Source: Armatimonadota bacterium
GTDB lineage: Bacteria; Armatimonadota; UBA5829; DTLH01
NCBI GenBank assembly: GCA_039679675.1
Contig: JBDKUN010000059.1
Coordinates: 96,001 to 160,000, forward strand
Reading direction: 5' to 3'
DNA length: 64,000 nucleotides
The position numbers were made by a program, and so were the translations under genes. The notes below the pieces were generated by a model. It had not been told where the DNA came from, did not search any database, and was given only the letters and a program-made list of their open reading frames with translations. This document shows, one piece after another, positions 8,653 to 19,286 of this stretch (the first letter of the stretch is position 1; each line of letters opens with the position of its first letter).

Positions 8653-9840
8653 TTATCCACGCCAGAGCGATAGATATACTGTCTCGTTATCTTTATTGGG
8701 CACGGTGACTTTCTTTGTCACGGTCTCGGATGTCTTGGGGTCCGTTATTTCTGCATCATAGGTCTGCCCGCCTGCAATTATGAAGTCGCGGGAGCCATCA
8801 ACTGTGTCCTGTGCGACTGTTTTACCGCCGAGCTTCAAAGCCACTTTTGCTTTGAACGATTTGCCATCCCCATTTACCAGGTCGAATTTAACGCTTCGCC
8901 TGTGGATATAGAAATCGGTCACGTTTTCAGCATATACATCGCGGACGCTGTATCTCCATGCCGGAGGGAAGCACGTATCCGTCCTTTTAAACGATATGGC
9001 AAAAACCGCGTATTCCGGTTTGGTTGGGTCGATTTTGGACACCCTATCGGTAAACCATGCCGTATCAAGATTGTTCGGCTCTCCGGCGCCGATGTATCTC
9101 CACTCATGAGTCCAGACTTCAGACCAGCAGTGGTTTTCAGGCTTGCCATCCCAGCAAAGTACGCCAACGACCCTCGATGGAATACCTACAGCACGGCAGG
9201 CATCGGTAATCAGGATCGAAAGGCTGGAGCATGACGCATAACCTATCTCGATGGACTCGTAAGGGCTCTGATTAGGCTTGCGGCACTTGGTAGCATGGTA
9301 TTGTACGTTAAAGGTCTTGAATACCTCTACGTTGAGCTTCTGCACGGCATCTTCCATCGTCTTGCAGTCTTTGACCATTACGCTGAACCGGTCGTAAAAG
9401 TCTTTCCGCCAATTGTCCCGCCTCTCGGTGAGGTTTGAATAGGGCAAAACATCGTTCAGGAAGAGGTCTTCGGGAACATCCTTGCCCCAAGGCATCGTTT
9501 TGCGGGCTTTGTAGGCGTACTCTACATCATCTACAAGGTAGTCCTTCTTCAGAGATACAAGATCGTCTTTCGCCATGTTGACGATGAGGAACTCCATAGC
9601 TTTCCGGTGTTTCGGATTCACAGCCTTAAGCGCTGCTTCGAGCTGGCAGCGATTGTTTCCTGCTTCTTCAAGAGCCTTTTCGAGATTTCTTGTACCTTTA
9701 CTGGCAGCCACAGCCGCCGACGATTCTTTCTGGTCTATATTCATATTTACTGCTTTTTTCGATGCTGCGGATACAACGCCAGTGATAACAACGCTGAGCA
9801 CTGTCACGACAACCACAGCGAGAGTAGTGATACGACGCAC
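8653..9840 (-). CDS. Secreted transglutaminase-like domain protein
   Basis: Signal peptide; YASCSSLS, CRAVGIPSRVVG, NHCWSEVW motifs. Confidence 0.85.
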   Translation of the reverse strand: MRRITTLAVVVVTVLSVVITGVVSAASKKAVNMNIDQKESSAAVAASKGTRNLEKALEEAGNNRCQLEAALKAVNPKHRKAMEFLIVNMAKDDLVSLKKDYLVDDVEYAYKARKTMPWGKDVPEDLFLNDVLPYSNLTERRDNWRKDFYDRFSVMVKDCKTMEDAVQKLNVEVFKTFNVQYHATKCRKPNQSPYESIEIGYASCSSLSILITDACRAVGIPSRVVGVLCWDGKPENHCWSEVWTHEWRYIGAGEPNNLDTAWFTDRVSKIDPTKPEYAVFAISFKRTDTCFPPAWRYSVRDVYAENVTDFYIHRRSVKFDLVNGDGKSFKAKVALKLGGKTVAQDTVDGSRDFIIAGGQTYDAEITDPKTSETVTKKVTVPNKDNETVYLSLWRG

Positions 9841-9875
9841 TCTATTGCCTCCTATTATAATATTTCCGGTCGTAT

Positions 9876-11054
9876 TTATACTTTCTCATTCATTTCTTTA
9901 AAAAGACGGCTTCCGATCATAAGGGCTCTCGGCAGGTGGAAACATCCTTTCCACTTTCCGCCCTTCAGGCTCAAATGAGGTTCGCCCTGGCGGTTCAGAT
10001 AACCGAACCACTCGCCGTACTCTGCGTCCGGGAACCTCTGCCATGCGTAGTCATGGACCTTCTTATACCAGTCCCAGCACTCTTTTCTGCCGGTCAGGTG
10101 ATAGCCCATCGCCATAGCGATTAGCGTTTCAAGGTGTACCCACCACAGTTTCTGGTCCCATTCCAGCTGCTGGGTCGGCCTGCCCTTCGTGTCCATGAAG
10201 TAGAAAATGCCGCCGTATTTCTCATCCCATGCATAGTTCAGGATACTGAGCGCAACATCCGTGCACCTGTTGACGAGAGCAGTGTCATTTCTCTTATGGG
10301 CTATGTCCATGATGAACCACATGCCCTCGATGCCATGTCCCGGATTGATGAGCCTGCCATCGAAGCAGTCGATATGCTTTGCATCAGGGGTTACATACTC
10401 GAAAATGAGCCCCATGTCCCTATCTACAAAGTCATTCATGACCTCTTCTATTATACCAGTGAGCGTGCTTTTAGTATAATCGGCTGGAAGCATCCATTCC
10501 ATCTCCGAGAACAAGCTAGAGATCATCATAGGGAGCGCGAATGCCTTCATGGGCCGTGTGCCGGGGTATGCTTTTGTGTATTTGCCTTTAGGATTGTCTT
10601 TGCGTCTCAGAACATTATCGAATGCCTGCTTTGCTATTGTTTTTGCTTCCTCATTGCCGCTTGCGAGAGCATACTGGCTGAATGCCATTGCTGCAAAACA
10701 GTCGGAAAGCACGTTATACGGCTGTACCAGCGGGTCCCCCGCCCTATCAAGCGCAAAATACCAGTCGCCGTTCTCATCCTTTCCGTGCTTTCTGAGGAAA
10801 TCCGCGCCATGTCTGGCTGTTTCCAGCCATTCGGACCGTTTTTCGAACCTGTTGTAGAGCACAGAGAACATCCATGTCTCCCGGCACTGAAGCCAGATAA
10901 ACTTATCCGTATCATACACGCTGCCGTCGCGGTCAAGGCAGGTAAAATAACCTCCGCACTCTTTATCTATAGAGTGGTTCATCCAGAATGGCAGAACATC
11001 GTCCAGAAGCGTATCAGTATAGAGCTTCTGCAGCTTTGCAAGCTCGTCTTTCAT
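9876..11054 (-). CDS. N-acyl-D-glucosamine 2-epimerase (AGE family)
   Basis: [42 protein letters not shown] at 11054 after AGGAG. Confidence 0.92.
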   Translation of the reverse strand: MKDELAKLQKLYTDTLLDDVLPFWMNHSIDKECGGYFTCLDRDGSVYDTDKFIWLQCRETWMFSVLYNRFEKRSEWLETARHGADFLRKHGKDENGDWYFALDRAGDPLVQPYNVLSDCFAAMAFSQYALASGNEEAKTIAKQAFDNVLRRKDNPKGKYTKAYPGTRPMKAFALPMMISSLFSEMEWMLPADYTKSTLTGIIEEVMNDFVDRDMGLIFEYVTPDAKHIDCFDGRLINPGHGIEGMWFIMDIAHKRNDTALVNRCTDVALSILNYAWDEKYGGIFYFMDTKGRPTQQLEWDQKLWWVHLETLIAMAMGYHLTGRKECWDWYKKVHDYAWQRFPDAEYGEWFGYLNRQGEPHLSLKGGKWKGCFHLPRALMIGSRLFKEMNEKV

Positions 11055-11248
11055 CCAAATCTCCTGTCGTTTTAACAAAAACTGCTGTATGGTCCCTCGA
11101 TTACATCAATATGTATAGCACATTCCGGTGGAAAGGTCTATCTGCATGTTCAAGCAAAGCGGCAGGTGGGTAAGAAGCAATCGTACTTACGGCGTTGCAG
11201 CCAACCGGCTATTGGCCGGGTATTTCGACTTGCAAGGAGTGAACGGAT

Positions 11249-11869
11249 ATGCGCGCGCTCGTTATTCTATTGGTCTTCCTAATCCCGGCGATAATAATCG
11301 GATGCGGCAGCAGCGTGGATCAAGATACCGTGGTAAATATAAGAGACAATGCGTTCGATCCAACTACCCTGACTGTCTCTCCCGGCACTACCGTAAGGTT
11401 CACCAATTCCGACAACACCACCCACACAATTGTTAGCGGCAGCCTGACTGCTACGAGCAGCCCGCAAACTATATCTGTCAGCTTGCTAGATACTCAGTTT
11501 TCGAGAAGCACCCTTACGGTACATCTCAACGATACTGTGAGGTTTGTTAATGCGAGCAACAGCAACAGACAGATAGAAGTGAAAGATAATAGCAACCTTG
11601 ATGTAGTCTATCTCACGCCTGTGCTGGCGCCGCAGGAATCAAATGACTTTAGAACAACTGCAACCGGAATATTCCAAGTGCGAGACGCTAGTAATGCTGC
11701 GGTCCAGATGACTCTTACGGTAGAAGGAGTGCCTAACCCTGATGGGCGTTTTTCCAGCAGCGTTCTCGCCCCAGGAGAGCACTTCGAGTTCCAGTTCAAT
11801 ACAGCGGGTGAGTTCCCGTTCTTCTGCGGGCAGCATAACATAGAACAAGGGACGATAGTCGTAGAATAA
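11249..11869 (+). CDS. Cupredoxin-domain lipoprotein
   Basis: Lipobox IIGC; AFDPTTLTV..NSDNTTHT; FPFFCGQH. Confidence 0.8.
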   Translation: MRALVILLVFLIPAIIIGCGSSVDQDTVVNIRDNAFDPTTLTVSPGTTVRFTNSDNTTHTIVSGSLTATSSPQTISVSLLDTQFSRSTLTVHLNDTVRFVNASNSNRQIEVKDNSNLDVVYLTPVLAPQESNDFRTTATGIFQVRDASNAAVQMTLTVEGVPNPDGRFSSSVLAPGEHFEFQFNTAGEFPFFCGQHNIEQGTIVVE

Positions 11870-12067
11870 TGATGTGAAGTTTCGACATTTTGAGATTCTT
11901 CACTTTTACAGAGCAGTAGTGGCTGTGTGCGCTTACCACTTATTTGCTTCCACGCAGATAAACAATCTGCACGGTTAATATGTAAGTCAAATCCCCGTCT
12001 TTTAACACTATGTCTATACTGCTCCTGGCCAGGCAATTGTTTCTTCAATATTTGAAAGGTCTATAAT

Positions 12068-13060
12068 ATGCTGAAAGGGTTGTATATACTCGATAAGGGC
12101 TTTATTAATGTTATCTACGGCCCAACCGAGATGGCTGACATCGCCCGGCTGATAAACATCTACATGCCGCCGCTGACTGCACAGGATGTGAAGAATGACC
12201 CGTCCGTACTCAAAGATGCGGATGTAATTATGTCCGGCTGGGGCTGCATTCCCATGACAAAAGACATTCTTGACGCAGCGCCGAACTTGAAAGCCGTGTT
12301 TTACGGAGCAGGGTCAATAAAAAGTATCACTACTGAAGATTTTTGGGACCGGGGTATTGTGATAACAAGCGGATACGCTGCAAACGGTATCCCAGTAGCC
12401 GAGTATACTCTCTCCCAGGTCATATTCTGCCTGAAATCCGGCTGGAGGTTCGCTCAATCCATTCGCGAACAGAAAAACAATAAGGCACAATTCCCAATAT
12501 ACGGCGCATACGGCAGCACTGTGGGGATAATATCGCTCGGAATGGTCGGCAGGAAAGTCTGCGAACTGCTCAAAAATCTCGATGTCAATGTCATCTGCTG
12601 CGACCCGTTTGCCGATGACAATACAGCAGCCGAACTCGGAGTCACATTATGCACTCTTGAAGAAGTATTCAGCAAGTCACACGTCGTATCGCTCCACACG
12701 CCGCTTCTGGAACAGACCAGAGGGATGATCCGCAGCGAGCATTTCGAAATGATGAAGCCGTATTCAAGTTTCATCAACACTTCGAGAGGCGCAGTCATCC
12801 GCGAAAACGAGATGATCGAAGTCCTGAAGAAAAGGCCGGACATACAGGCGGTGCTGGACGTCACTTCACCTGAGCCGCCAGCCCCTGATTCTCCGCTCTA
12901 TGATCTACCGAATGTGGTTCTAACCCCGCACATCGCCGGATCGAAAGACGATGAATGCAGGCGGATGGGACGTTACATGGTGGAAGAACTGGAACGCTAC
13001 CTGCGCGACGAAAAGCTCCTATGGGAAATAACCCGGCAGATGGCCGGCACACTTGCTTGA
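12068..13060 (+). CDS. D-isomer-specific 2-hydroxyacid dehydrogenase
   Basis: GIISLGMVG, FINTSRG, LDVTSPEP, LTPHIAGS. Confidence 0.92.
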   Translation: MLKGLYILDKGFINVIYGPTEMADIARLINIYMPPLTAQDVKNDPSVLKDADVIMSGWGCIPMTKDILDAAPNLKAVFYGAGSIKSITTEDFWDRGIVITSGYAANGIPVAEYTLSQVIFCLKSGWRFAQSIREQKNNKAQFPIYGAYGSTVGIISLGMVGRKVCELLKNLDVNVICCDPFADDNTAAELGVTLCTLEEVFSKSHVVSLHTPLLEQTRGMIRSEHFEMMKPYSSFINTSRGAVIRENEMIEVLKKRPDIQAVLDVTSPEPPAPDSPLYDLPNVVLTPHIAGSKDDECRRMGRYMVEELERYLRDEKLLWEITRQMAGTLA

Positions 13061-13832
13061 AAGGGCTATGCAGATGCTCTCGACCGGTTTGGTTTCCGTA
13101 ACTTTCAGACAGCTTTCCCCGTTTGAAATAGTAAACCTGGTAAAGCAGGCGGGACTAGACTCAATCGAATGGGGCGGTGACATACACATTCCTCACGGCG
13201 ATATAGCGAGAGCTCGTGAAGTCGGCAAAATTACTGCCGATGCCGGACTCAAGGTAGCATGTTACGGTTCTTACTATCGCTTGGGGCAGGACGAGAACAC
13301 TCCATTCGACGAAATACTAGAAACAGCGCTTGCATGCGGCGCGCCGCTCATAAGAGTCTGGGCAGGAAGCAAAAAGTCCATAGATGCAGATGAATCCTGC
13401 AGAGAGTCCGTCATAGCAGACGCTCGCAGGATCTGTGACGCTGCTCAATCGGCAGGAATATCGATTACAGTCGAGCACCACTGTGATACGCTCGCTGACA
13501 CTGTAGCTTCATCGCTGCGGTTGATGAAGGAAGTGGATCATTCGGCCATCAGGATCAATTGGCAACCGCAGATCGGCGTCTCGACGGATGATTGCGTTGC
13601 CGGCCTTAAAAGCATGCTCTCCTGGCTGAGTAATGTCCACGTGTTCCAATGGATAAAGTCCTATTCCGACAGGTACCCGCTTGCGGATGGCGAAGAAGCT
13701 TGGAAGCGATGCATAGCTGCTGTGGTATCGAGCGGACGCGGCCACTGTTTTCTTATCGAATTTGTTGCTGGTGACACCCCTGAAGCATTTCTGCGCGATG
13801 CTGCGGATCTTCGGCGGTGGGTGACAAAATAA
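13053..13832 (+). CDS. Sugar phosphate isomerase/epimerase (AP-endonuclease-2 TIM barrel)
   Basis: GLVSVTFRQ, IEWGGDIH, IRVWAG, EHHCDTL. Confidence 0.85.
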   Translation: MLERAMQMLSTGLVSVTFRQLSPFEIVNLVKQAGLDSIEWGGDIHIPHGDIARAREVGKITADAGLKVACYGSYYRLGQDENTPFDEILETALACGAPLIRVWAGSKKSIDADESCRESVIADARRICDAAQSAGISITVEHHCDTLADTVASSLRLMKEVDHSAIRINWQPQIGVSTDDCVAGLKSMLSWLSNVHVFQWIKSYSDRYPLADGEEAWKRCIAAVVSSGRGHCFLIEFVAGDTPEAFLRDAADLRRWVTK

Positions 13833-13869
13833 AATAGCCCGGAAGTATATTTCAGCCTCCGGGCTTTTT
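13831..13869. terminator. Bidirectional terminator
   Basis: AAAATAGCCCGGA...TCCGGGCTTTTT between convergent genes. Confidence 0.7.
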
Positions 13870-13881
13870 ACTTATCTGGTT

Positions 13882-15657
13882 TTATTTGACCAGTTCTTCT
13901 ACAATCTCGTCGGAGGTTTTCTCCGATACAGGATATTTCTTTCGCTTCGTGTATTGCGTGTGCAGAAGTTCATGCGACTTGTGGCCGAGCGGCTTGCCGA
14001 GGAACTCCTCGTAAAGCGCGATTACGGCCGGGTTCTCATGCGATTTGCGGATCGGAAGATTCGCGTCCTCGTCGTAGATACCCTTCATACGGGCCTTGCG
14101 GACCTCGTCGGTCGTCGGAATCGGTTGTCCGCCTCCTCCAAGACATCCGCCGGGGCAGCACATGATCTCGATGAAGTGGTAATCGGCCTCTCCGGCAGCG
14201 ATCTTATCCATCAGCTTCCTTGCATTGGAAAGTCCGCTCGCAACAGCTACTTTCACGTCCAGATCGCCGACCTTTACTGTCGCTTCCTTGACTCCTTCGA
14301 GCCCGCGGACGTCCATGAAGTCCACGTTTTCGAGAGTTTTGCCGGTTACGACTTCGTATACGGTCCTTAGAGCCGCTTCCATAACGCCGCCGGTCGCTCC
14401 GAAGATGACTGCCGCGCCGGTCGATATGCCAAGCGGGTCGTCGAACTTGCCATCCGGCAGTTTCGCGAAGTCGAGGCCCATCTCGCGGATCATTTTGCCC
14501 GCTTCACGGGTCGTCAAGACCGCGTCGATGTCCGGTATGCCGTTATTGACCGTCATTTCAGCCCTTCCGGCCTCAAATTTCTTGGCCGTGCAGGGCATGA
14601 TCGAGACGACATATATGTCTTCCGGTTTGACACCGATCTTATCGGCATAGTAGGTCTTGGCAAGAGCACCGAACATCTGCTGCGGGCTCTTGCAGCTCGA
14701 TAGATGCGGCAGAAGGTCGGGATAGAAGTGCTCGATGAACTTGATCCATCCCGGCGAGCAGGATGTTATCATCGGGAGCGTTCCACCCGTCTGTAGCCGC
14801 TGAAGGAGCTCATTTCCTTCTTCTAAGATCGTAAGGTCCGCAGTGAAGTCGGTGTCGAACACCTTGTCGAACCCCATAGCGCGAAGAGCCGTGACCATTT
14901 TGCCCGTCACTCTCGACCCCGGAGCCATTCCGAACTCTTCACCTATCGCAACACGGACGGCAGGAGCGGTCTGGACTACTACGTGCTTGTTCGGGTCGGC
15001 GAGTGCCTTCCAGACAGCTTCCGTAGAATCTCGCTCATGTAGCGCGTTCACCGGGCAGACACTTACGCACTGCCCACAGAGGACGCACGCAACGTCGTTC
15101 AGGTCTTTTTTGAGCGCCGGGGTTACGACTGTGTCGAATCCGCGTTCCATAGTGAAAAGCGCTCCGACACCCTGCACCTGCTGGCACACGGTCACGCACC
15201 TTCGGCACAGGATACACTTGCTGCTGTCGCGGACAATCGCCGGGGATGATGTGTCCACAAGTGACGGCGGCATCTCTCCCTCGAACCTGGACTGCTGGAT
15301 TCCGAGCTGTTTTGCGACCTGCTGCAGCTCGCAGTTAAGGCTTCGTCCGCAGGTTGTGCATTCCTGCCTGTGGGCAGAAAGCATCAGCTCCACTACGGTC
15401 CTTCGTGCAGCCCGGACCCTCGGAGTATTCGTCTTGACGACGATTCCTTCTGCTGCGGGATATACACAGGATGCCTGAAGTCCGCGCGCTTTTTCGATCT
15501 CTACGAGGCATACCCTACATGCCCCGATTGCATGCACATCCTTAAGGTAGCACAAGGTCGGAATGCCTATTCCTACGGACCTTGCAGCCTCAAGGACGGT
15601 CGTGCCATTCGGCACAGTCACTTGCATACCGTCTATAGTTAAGGTTACGTTCTCCAT
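13882..15657 (-). CDS. hydA: [FeFe] hydrogenase group A catalytic subunit
   Basis: 2Fe-2S, His-ligated and two 4Fe-4S motifs; H-cluster motifs TSCSPGW, MPCTAKKFE, EIMCCPGGCLGGGGQP. Confidence 0.95.
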   Translation of the reverse strand: MENVTLTIDGMQVTVPNGTTVLEAARSVGIGIPTLCYLKDVHAIGACRVCLVEIEKARGLQASCVYPAAEGIVVKTNTPRVRAARRTVVELMLSAHRQECTTCGRSLNCELQQVAKQLGIQQSRFEGEMPPSLVDTSSPAIVRDSSKCILCRRCVTVCQQVQGVGALFTMERGFDTVVTPALKKDLNDVACVLCGQCVSVCPVNALHERDSTEAVWKALADPNKHVVVQTAPAVRVAIGEEFGMAPGSRVTGKMVTALRAMGFDKVFDTDFTADLTILEEGNELLQRLQTGGTLPMITSCSPGWIKFIEHFYPDLLPHLSSCKSPQQMFGALAKTYYADKIGVKPEDIYVVSIMPCTAKKFEAGRAEMTVNNGIPDIDAVLTTREAGKMIREMGLDFAKLPDGKFDDPLGISTGAAVIFGATGGVMEAALRTVYEVVTGKTLENVDFMDVRGLEGVKEATVKVGDLDVKVAVASGLSNARKLMDKIAAGEADYHFIEIMCCPGGCLGGGGQPIPTTDEVRKARMKGIYDEDANLPIRKSHENPAVIALYEEFLGKPLGHKSHELLHTQYTKRKKYPVSEKTSDEIVEELVK

Positions 15658-15660
15658 TGC

Positions 15661-18600
15661 TTATTTCGCCTCCAAGCTACACGCATCGCAGCGCAGGCAT
15701 CTGTTGGCCTCTTTAATAGCCTCATCTCTGGAGAATCCAAGCTCCACCTCCGTGGTTCTCGTTCTCTCCGACACCGCAATCACCGGCATCTTGGCCCTCG
15801 GTGTCTCGACTATGTCGTCGGCATCCTCAGGAGGGGCCGGAATTGTGATGTCCTCGACATCCGACGGAATCTCGCCGGTCCCGCCCAGGTATTTGTCGAT
15901 TCCCTGAGCAGCTTTGATACCGGCTCCGATGGCCTCGATTACCGTTGCGGGTCCTGTGACCACATCGCCTCCGGCAAAGATGCCGTTAGCTGAGGTCATT
16001 GCGCTCTGCCTGTCGATCCAGACCTTGCCGCGCTTCGTTTCGACGGTATTGCCGCCGAGGTAGCCCAGTTCCGGCTCCTGGCTGATAGCCGAGATGACGG
16101 AATCCACTGGAATGTCGATAAATGCGCCTTCGATAGCCTTCGGGCTTCGGCGTCCGCTCTTGTCGAACTCCCTAAGCTCCAGAAGCTGGCATCTGAGCGT
16201 CTTGACCTTGCCGTTCTCGCCGACGGCCTCTATCGGAGCAGCCAGGAACTTGATCTTGACTCCCTCGACTTCAGCTTCGTGGATCTCATGCGGATCGGCA
16301 GGCATATCTTCCCGCAGTCTTCGATAAACGATGGTGACGTTCTTCGCGCCGAGCCTTACGGCTGTTCTCGCGGCGTCGATGGCAGCGTTTCCGCCGCCGA
16401 CTACGGCCACGTTCTCGCCGACGTCGATCTTTTCGCCCATCTGAACGTCGCGCAGGAACTTGAGCGAATCGAATACGCCCTTCTGTTCCTCACCGGGAAT
16501 CTCCAGCGTCCAGCTCTTGTCTGCGCCGGTCCCGATGAAGATTGCATCGAAGTCCTTCTTGATCGTTTCCATCGGAATGTCTTTTCCGACTCTGGTGTTG
16601 GTCTTGATCGTGACTCCGAGGTTCTCGATAGCCTTGATCTCCTGCCTGAGCACGGCCTTCGGCAGCCTGTATTCGGGAATTCCCCAAACGAGCATACCGC
16701 CGGCTTCAGGAAGTGCCTCAAAAACGGTCGGGCTGTGGCCCATTCTTGCCAGGTGATAAGCAGCCGTAAGTCCTGCAGGCCCGCCGCCGATGATGGCGAC
16801 CTTCTTGCCGGTCTTTTCAGCTCTCATCTTGACCTGAGGCAGCTTGTGGTCTTTGAACTCCTGGTCCGCAACGTATCTCTTCAGGTTGCGGATAGAGAGC
16901 GGCTCGTCGACCTGGCTTCTCCGGCACTTGTCCTCGCACAGAGCGTTGCATACGCGTCCGCACACCGCTGCAAACGGGTTGTGATCGCGGACGATTCTGA
17001 GGGCATCGGTGAACCTTCGCTGAGAAATGAGCGCAAGATACTTCGGAACGCTCGTTCCGGCCGGGCATGTGTGGGCACATGGGGCCTCGAAGAGCGAGTT
17101 ACACACGCACGCAGGGCACTTCTTGTCCCTGATGTGCGCTTCATACTCGTGCCTGAAGTACTTGAGGGTGGAAAGCACCGGGTTCGGAGCTGTCTGACCG
17201 AGTCCGCAGAGCGCAGAGTCCTTGATCCTCTGTCCGAGTTCTTCGAGTAGCTCGATATCGCCTTCCTTGCCCTGTCCGTGAGCAATCCGGTCGAGGATCT
17301 CAAGCATCCTCTTCGTTCCAACGCGGCACGGGGTGCACTTTCCGCACGATTCATCCTGGATGAAGTCGAGGAAGAACCGTGCAAGGTCGACCATACAGGT
17401 CCCCTCGTCCATGATGATAAGTCCGCCTGAACCCATCATTGCGCCGAGTTCGATCAGCGAATCGTAGTCCATCGGGACGTTCAGGTGCTCTTTCGGAATA
17501 CATCCGCCGGAAGGCCCACCGGCCTGTGCAGCCTTGAACTTCTTCCCGCCTCGGATGCCGCCGCCGATGTCGTAGATGATCGTTCCGAGGTCTGTTCCCA
17601 TCGGGACTTCCACAAGACCGGTGTTGTTGATATTTCCGGCAAGCGCGAAGATTTTTGTTCCCTTGCTCTTCTCGGTCCCGATCTGTGCGTACTCCTCTGC
17701 ACCCATTCTGATGATGAGCGGGATGTTTCCGTAGGTCTCGACGTTGTTCAGAACGGTCGGGCTCATCCAGAGTCCTGAATGAGCAGGGAACGGAGGTCTT
17801 GGGCGAGGTTCCCCTCGTTTACCTTCGATTGAGGCCATCAGGGCGGTCTCTTCACCGCAGACGAACGCTCCGGCGCCCATCCTTATCTCCAGGCTGAACT
17901 TGTGCCCGGTTCCGAGGACGTTATCTCCCAAAATGCCGTATTCTCTGGCCTGTTTGAGCGCATGGCTCAACCGCTCTATGGCAAGCGGATACTCTGCTCT
18001 TACATATACATAACCGACGGATGCACCTATCGCGTAGCCGCCGATAATCATCCCCTCGATAACTGCATGAGGATCGCCTTCTAGAAGGCTTCTGTCCATA
18101 AACGCGCCGGGGTCGCCCTCGTCAGCGTTGCACAGGATGTATTTTTGTTCGCCTTGTGCGTCGGCTGCGAACTGCCACTTGAGCCCGGTGGGGAATCCAC
18201 CACCACCGCGACCGCGCAGCCCGCTCTTTTTAATTTCTTCGATGACATCCTTCGGAGTCATCTCCGTTAAGACTTTACCAAGTGCCGAATAGCCGTCCTT
18301 TGCTATGTATTCATCGATATTTGCAGGGTCGATGACGCCGCAGTTGCTCAAGACGAGTTTCTTCTGCCTCTTGAAGAACGGCATCTCATCGATTGTGGTA
18401 ACAGCACCTTCGCCGTGACCGTCATGGTGGAGCAGGTCTGTTACAACTCTACCTTTCAAGAGGTGCTCCTCGACGATCCTTACGGCATCTTCCGGTTTTA
18501 ACTTCTTATAGAACGTCCCTTCAGGGGAGACGACGATGACAGGTCCGAGATGGCAGGCACCGATACAACCGGTTTGGATCACCTGAATCTCATCCTGCAG

Positions 18601-18711
18601 ATTATGTTTTTCAATCTCTTTTGTGAGGGTCTCTGCAACCGCATGGCAGCCGGATGATACGCAGCCGGCTCCAGCACAGACCAGCACGTGAGATCTATAA
18701 AGCTTTTCCAT
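15661..18711 (-). CDS. hydB: HydB/NuoF-like diaphorase subunit fused to GltD-like FAD/NADPH oxidoreductase
   Basis: GLRGRGGGGFPTG, NADEGDPGAFMDR, GAGAFVCGEETAL, ESCGKCTPCR; then CAHTCP, CGRVC, GGGPAGL, GGGNAAID, YRR; start reassigned to MEKLY. Confidence 0.9.
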   Translation of the reverse strand: MEKLYRSHVLVCAGAGCVSSGCHAVAETLTKEIEKHNLQDEIQVIQTGCIGACHLGPVIVVSPEGTFYKKLKPEDAVRIVEEHLLKGRVVTDLLHHDGHGEGAVTTIDEMPFFKRQKKLVLSNCGVIDPANIDEYIAKDGYSALGKVLTEMTPKDVIEEIKKSGLRGRGGGGFPTGLKWQFAADAQGEQKYILCNADEGDPGAFMDRSLLEGDPHAVIEGMIIGGYAIGASVGYVYVRAEYPLAIERLSHALKQAREYGILGDNVLGTGHKFSLEIRMGAGAFVCGEETALMASIEGKRGEPRPRPPFPAHSGLWMSPTVLNNVETYGNIPLIIRMGAEEYAQIGTEKSKGTKIFALAGNINNTGLVEVPMGTDLGTIIYDIGGGIRGGKKFKAAQAGGPSGGCIPKEHLNVPMDYDSLIELGAMMGSGGLIIMDEGTCMVDLARFFLDFIQDESCGKCTPCRVGTKRMLEILDRIAHGQGKEGDIELLEELGQRIKDSALCGLGQTAPNPVLSTLKYFRHEYEAHIRDKKCPACVCNSLFEAPCAHTCPAGTSVPKYLALISQRRFTDALRIVRDHNPFAAVCGRVCNALCEDKCRRSQVDEPLSIRNLKRYVADQEFKDHKLPQVKMRAEKTGKKVAIIGGGPAGLTAAYHLARMGHSPTVFEALPEAGGMLVWGIPEYRLPKAVLRQEIKAIENLGVTIKTNTRVGKDIPMETIKKDFDAIFIGTGADKSWTLEIPGEEQKGVFDSLKFLRDVQMGEKIDVGENVAVVGGGNAAIDAARTAVRLGAKNVTIVYRRLREDMPADPHEIHEAEVEGVKIKFLAAPIEAVGENGKVKTLRCQLLELREFDKSGRRSPKAIEGAFIDIPVDSVISAISQEPELGYLGGNTVETKRGKVWIDRQSAMTSANGIFAGGDVVTGPATVIEAIGAGIKAAQGIDKYLGGTGEIPSDVEDITIPAPPEDADDIVETPRAKMPVIAVSERTRTTEVELGFSRDEAIKEANRCLRCDACSLEAK

Positions 18712-18749
18712 TTGCTTTTGTCTGATCCTCCTGGGTAAATTAGCCGCTA

Positions 18750-19274
18750 CTAGCTGCCATTCTTCTTGTATTTCGCAATTATGCTGGGAATCTTGTCCAG
18801 CTTCACCCTGCGGTAGATATCCGCGCCGATGGTGACGACCGGAGCAAGTCCGCAGGCCCCTACACACCTGTTGATCTCAAGCGAGAACTGACGGTCATCC
18901 GTAGTTCCGCCGATTCCAATCTTCAGCTCTTTTTCGAGCTGCTCTAATATCTGCTTACCGCCACGCACATAGCAAGCGGTTCCGAGGCATACCCTTATGG
19001 TATGCTGACCACGCGGAACAGTGTTAAAGAACGAGTAGAACGTTATTACTCCGTAGACTTCGGAGAGAGAAATGCCAAGTCCCTCGGCGACCTTCACCTG
19101 CACCATCTCCGGTAGCCAGCCGAAGAGTTCCTGTGCCTGGTGAAGGACCTGAATCAGGACGCCATCCTGACCCTTATAAGCCTCGATTATCTGATCGAGC
19201 TTCTCATAACGTGCCTTCTCGTCAGCTGCCGCTTTCTGTGCATTCAGTTCGCATTCACACGTATGCGCTGACAA
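18750..19274 (-). CDS. hydC: HydC/NuoE-like 2Fe-2S subunit
   Basis: VYGVITFYSFF, VCLGTACYVRG, CVGACGLAP. Confidence 0.93.
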   Translation of the reverse strand: MSAHTCECELNAQKAAADEKARYEKLDQIIEAYKGQDGVLIQVLHQAQELFGWLPEMVQVKVAEGLGISLSEVYGVITFYSFFNTVPRGQHTIRVCLGTACYVRGGKQILEQLEKELKIGIGGTTDDRQFSLEINRCVGACGLAPVVTIGADIYRRVKLDKIPSIIAKYKKNGS

Positions 19275-19286
19275 CAGAATTACCTC

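Noticed and set aside
10134..11075. 313-aa plus-strand ORF
   Set aside because: Antisense shadow of the AGE epimerase
16279..17250. 323-aa plus-strand ORF
   Set aside because: Antisense shadow of hydB
18712..18867. N-terminal extension of hydB in the ORF track
   Set aside because: Overlaps hydC; homology and RBS indicate the start at 18711
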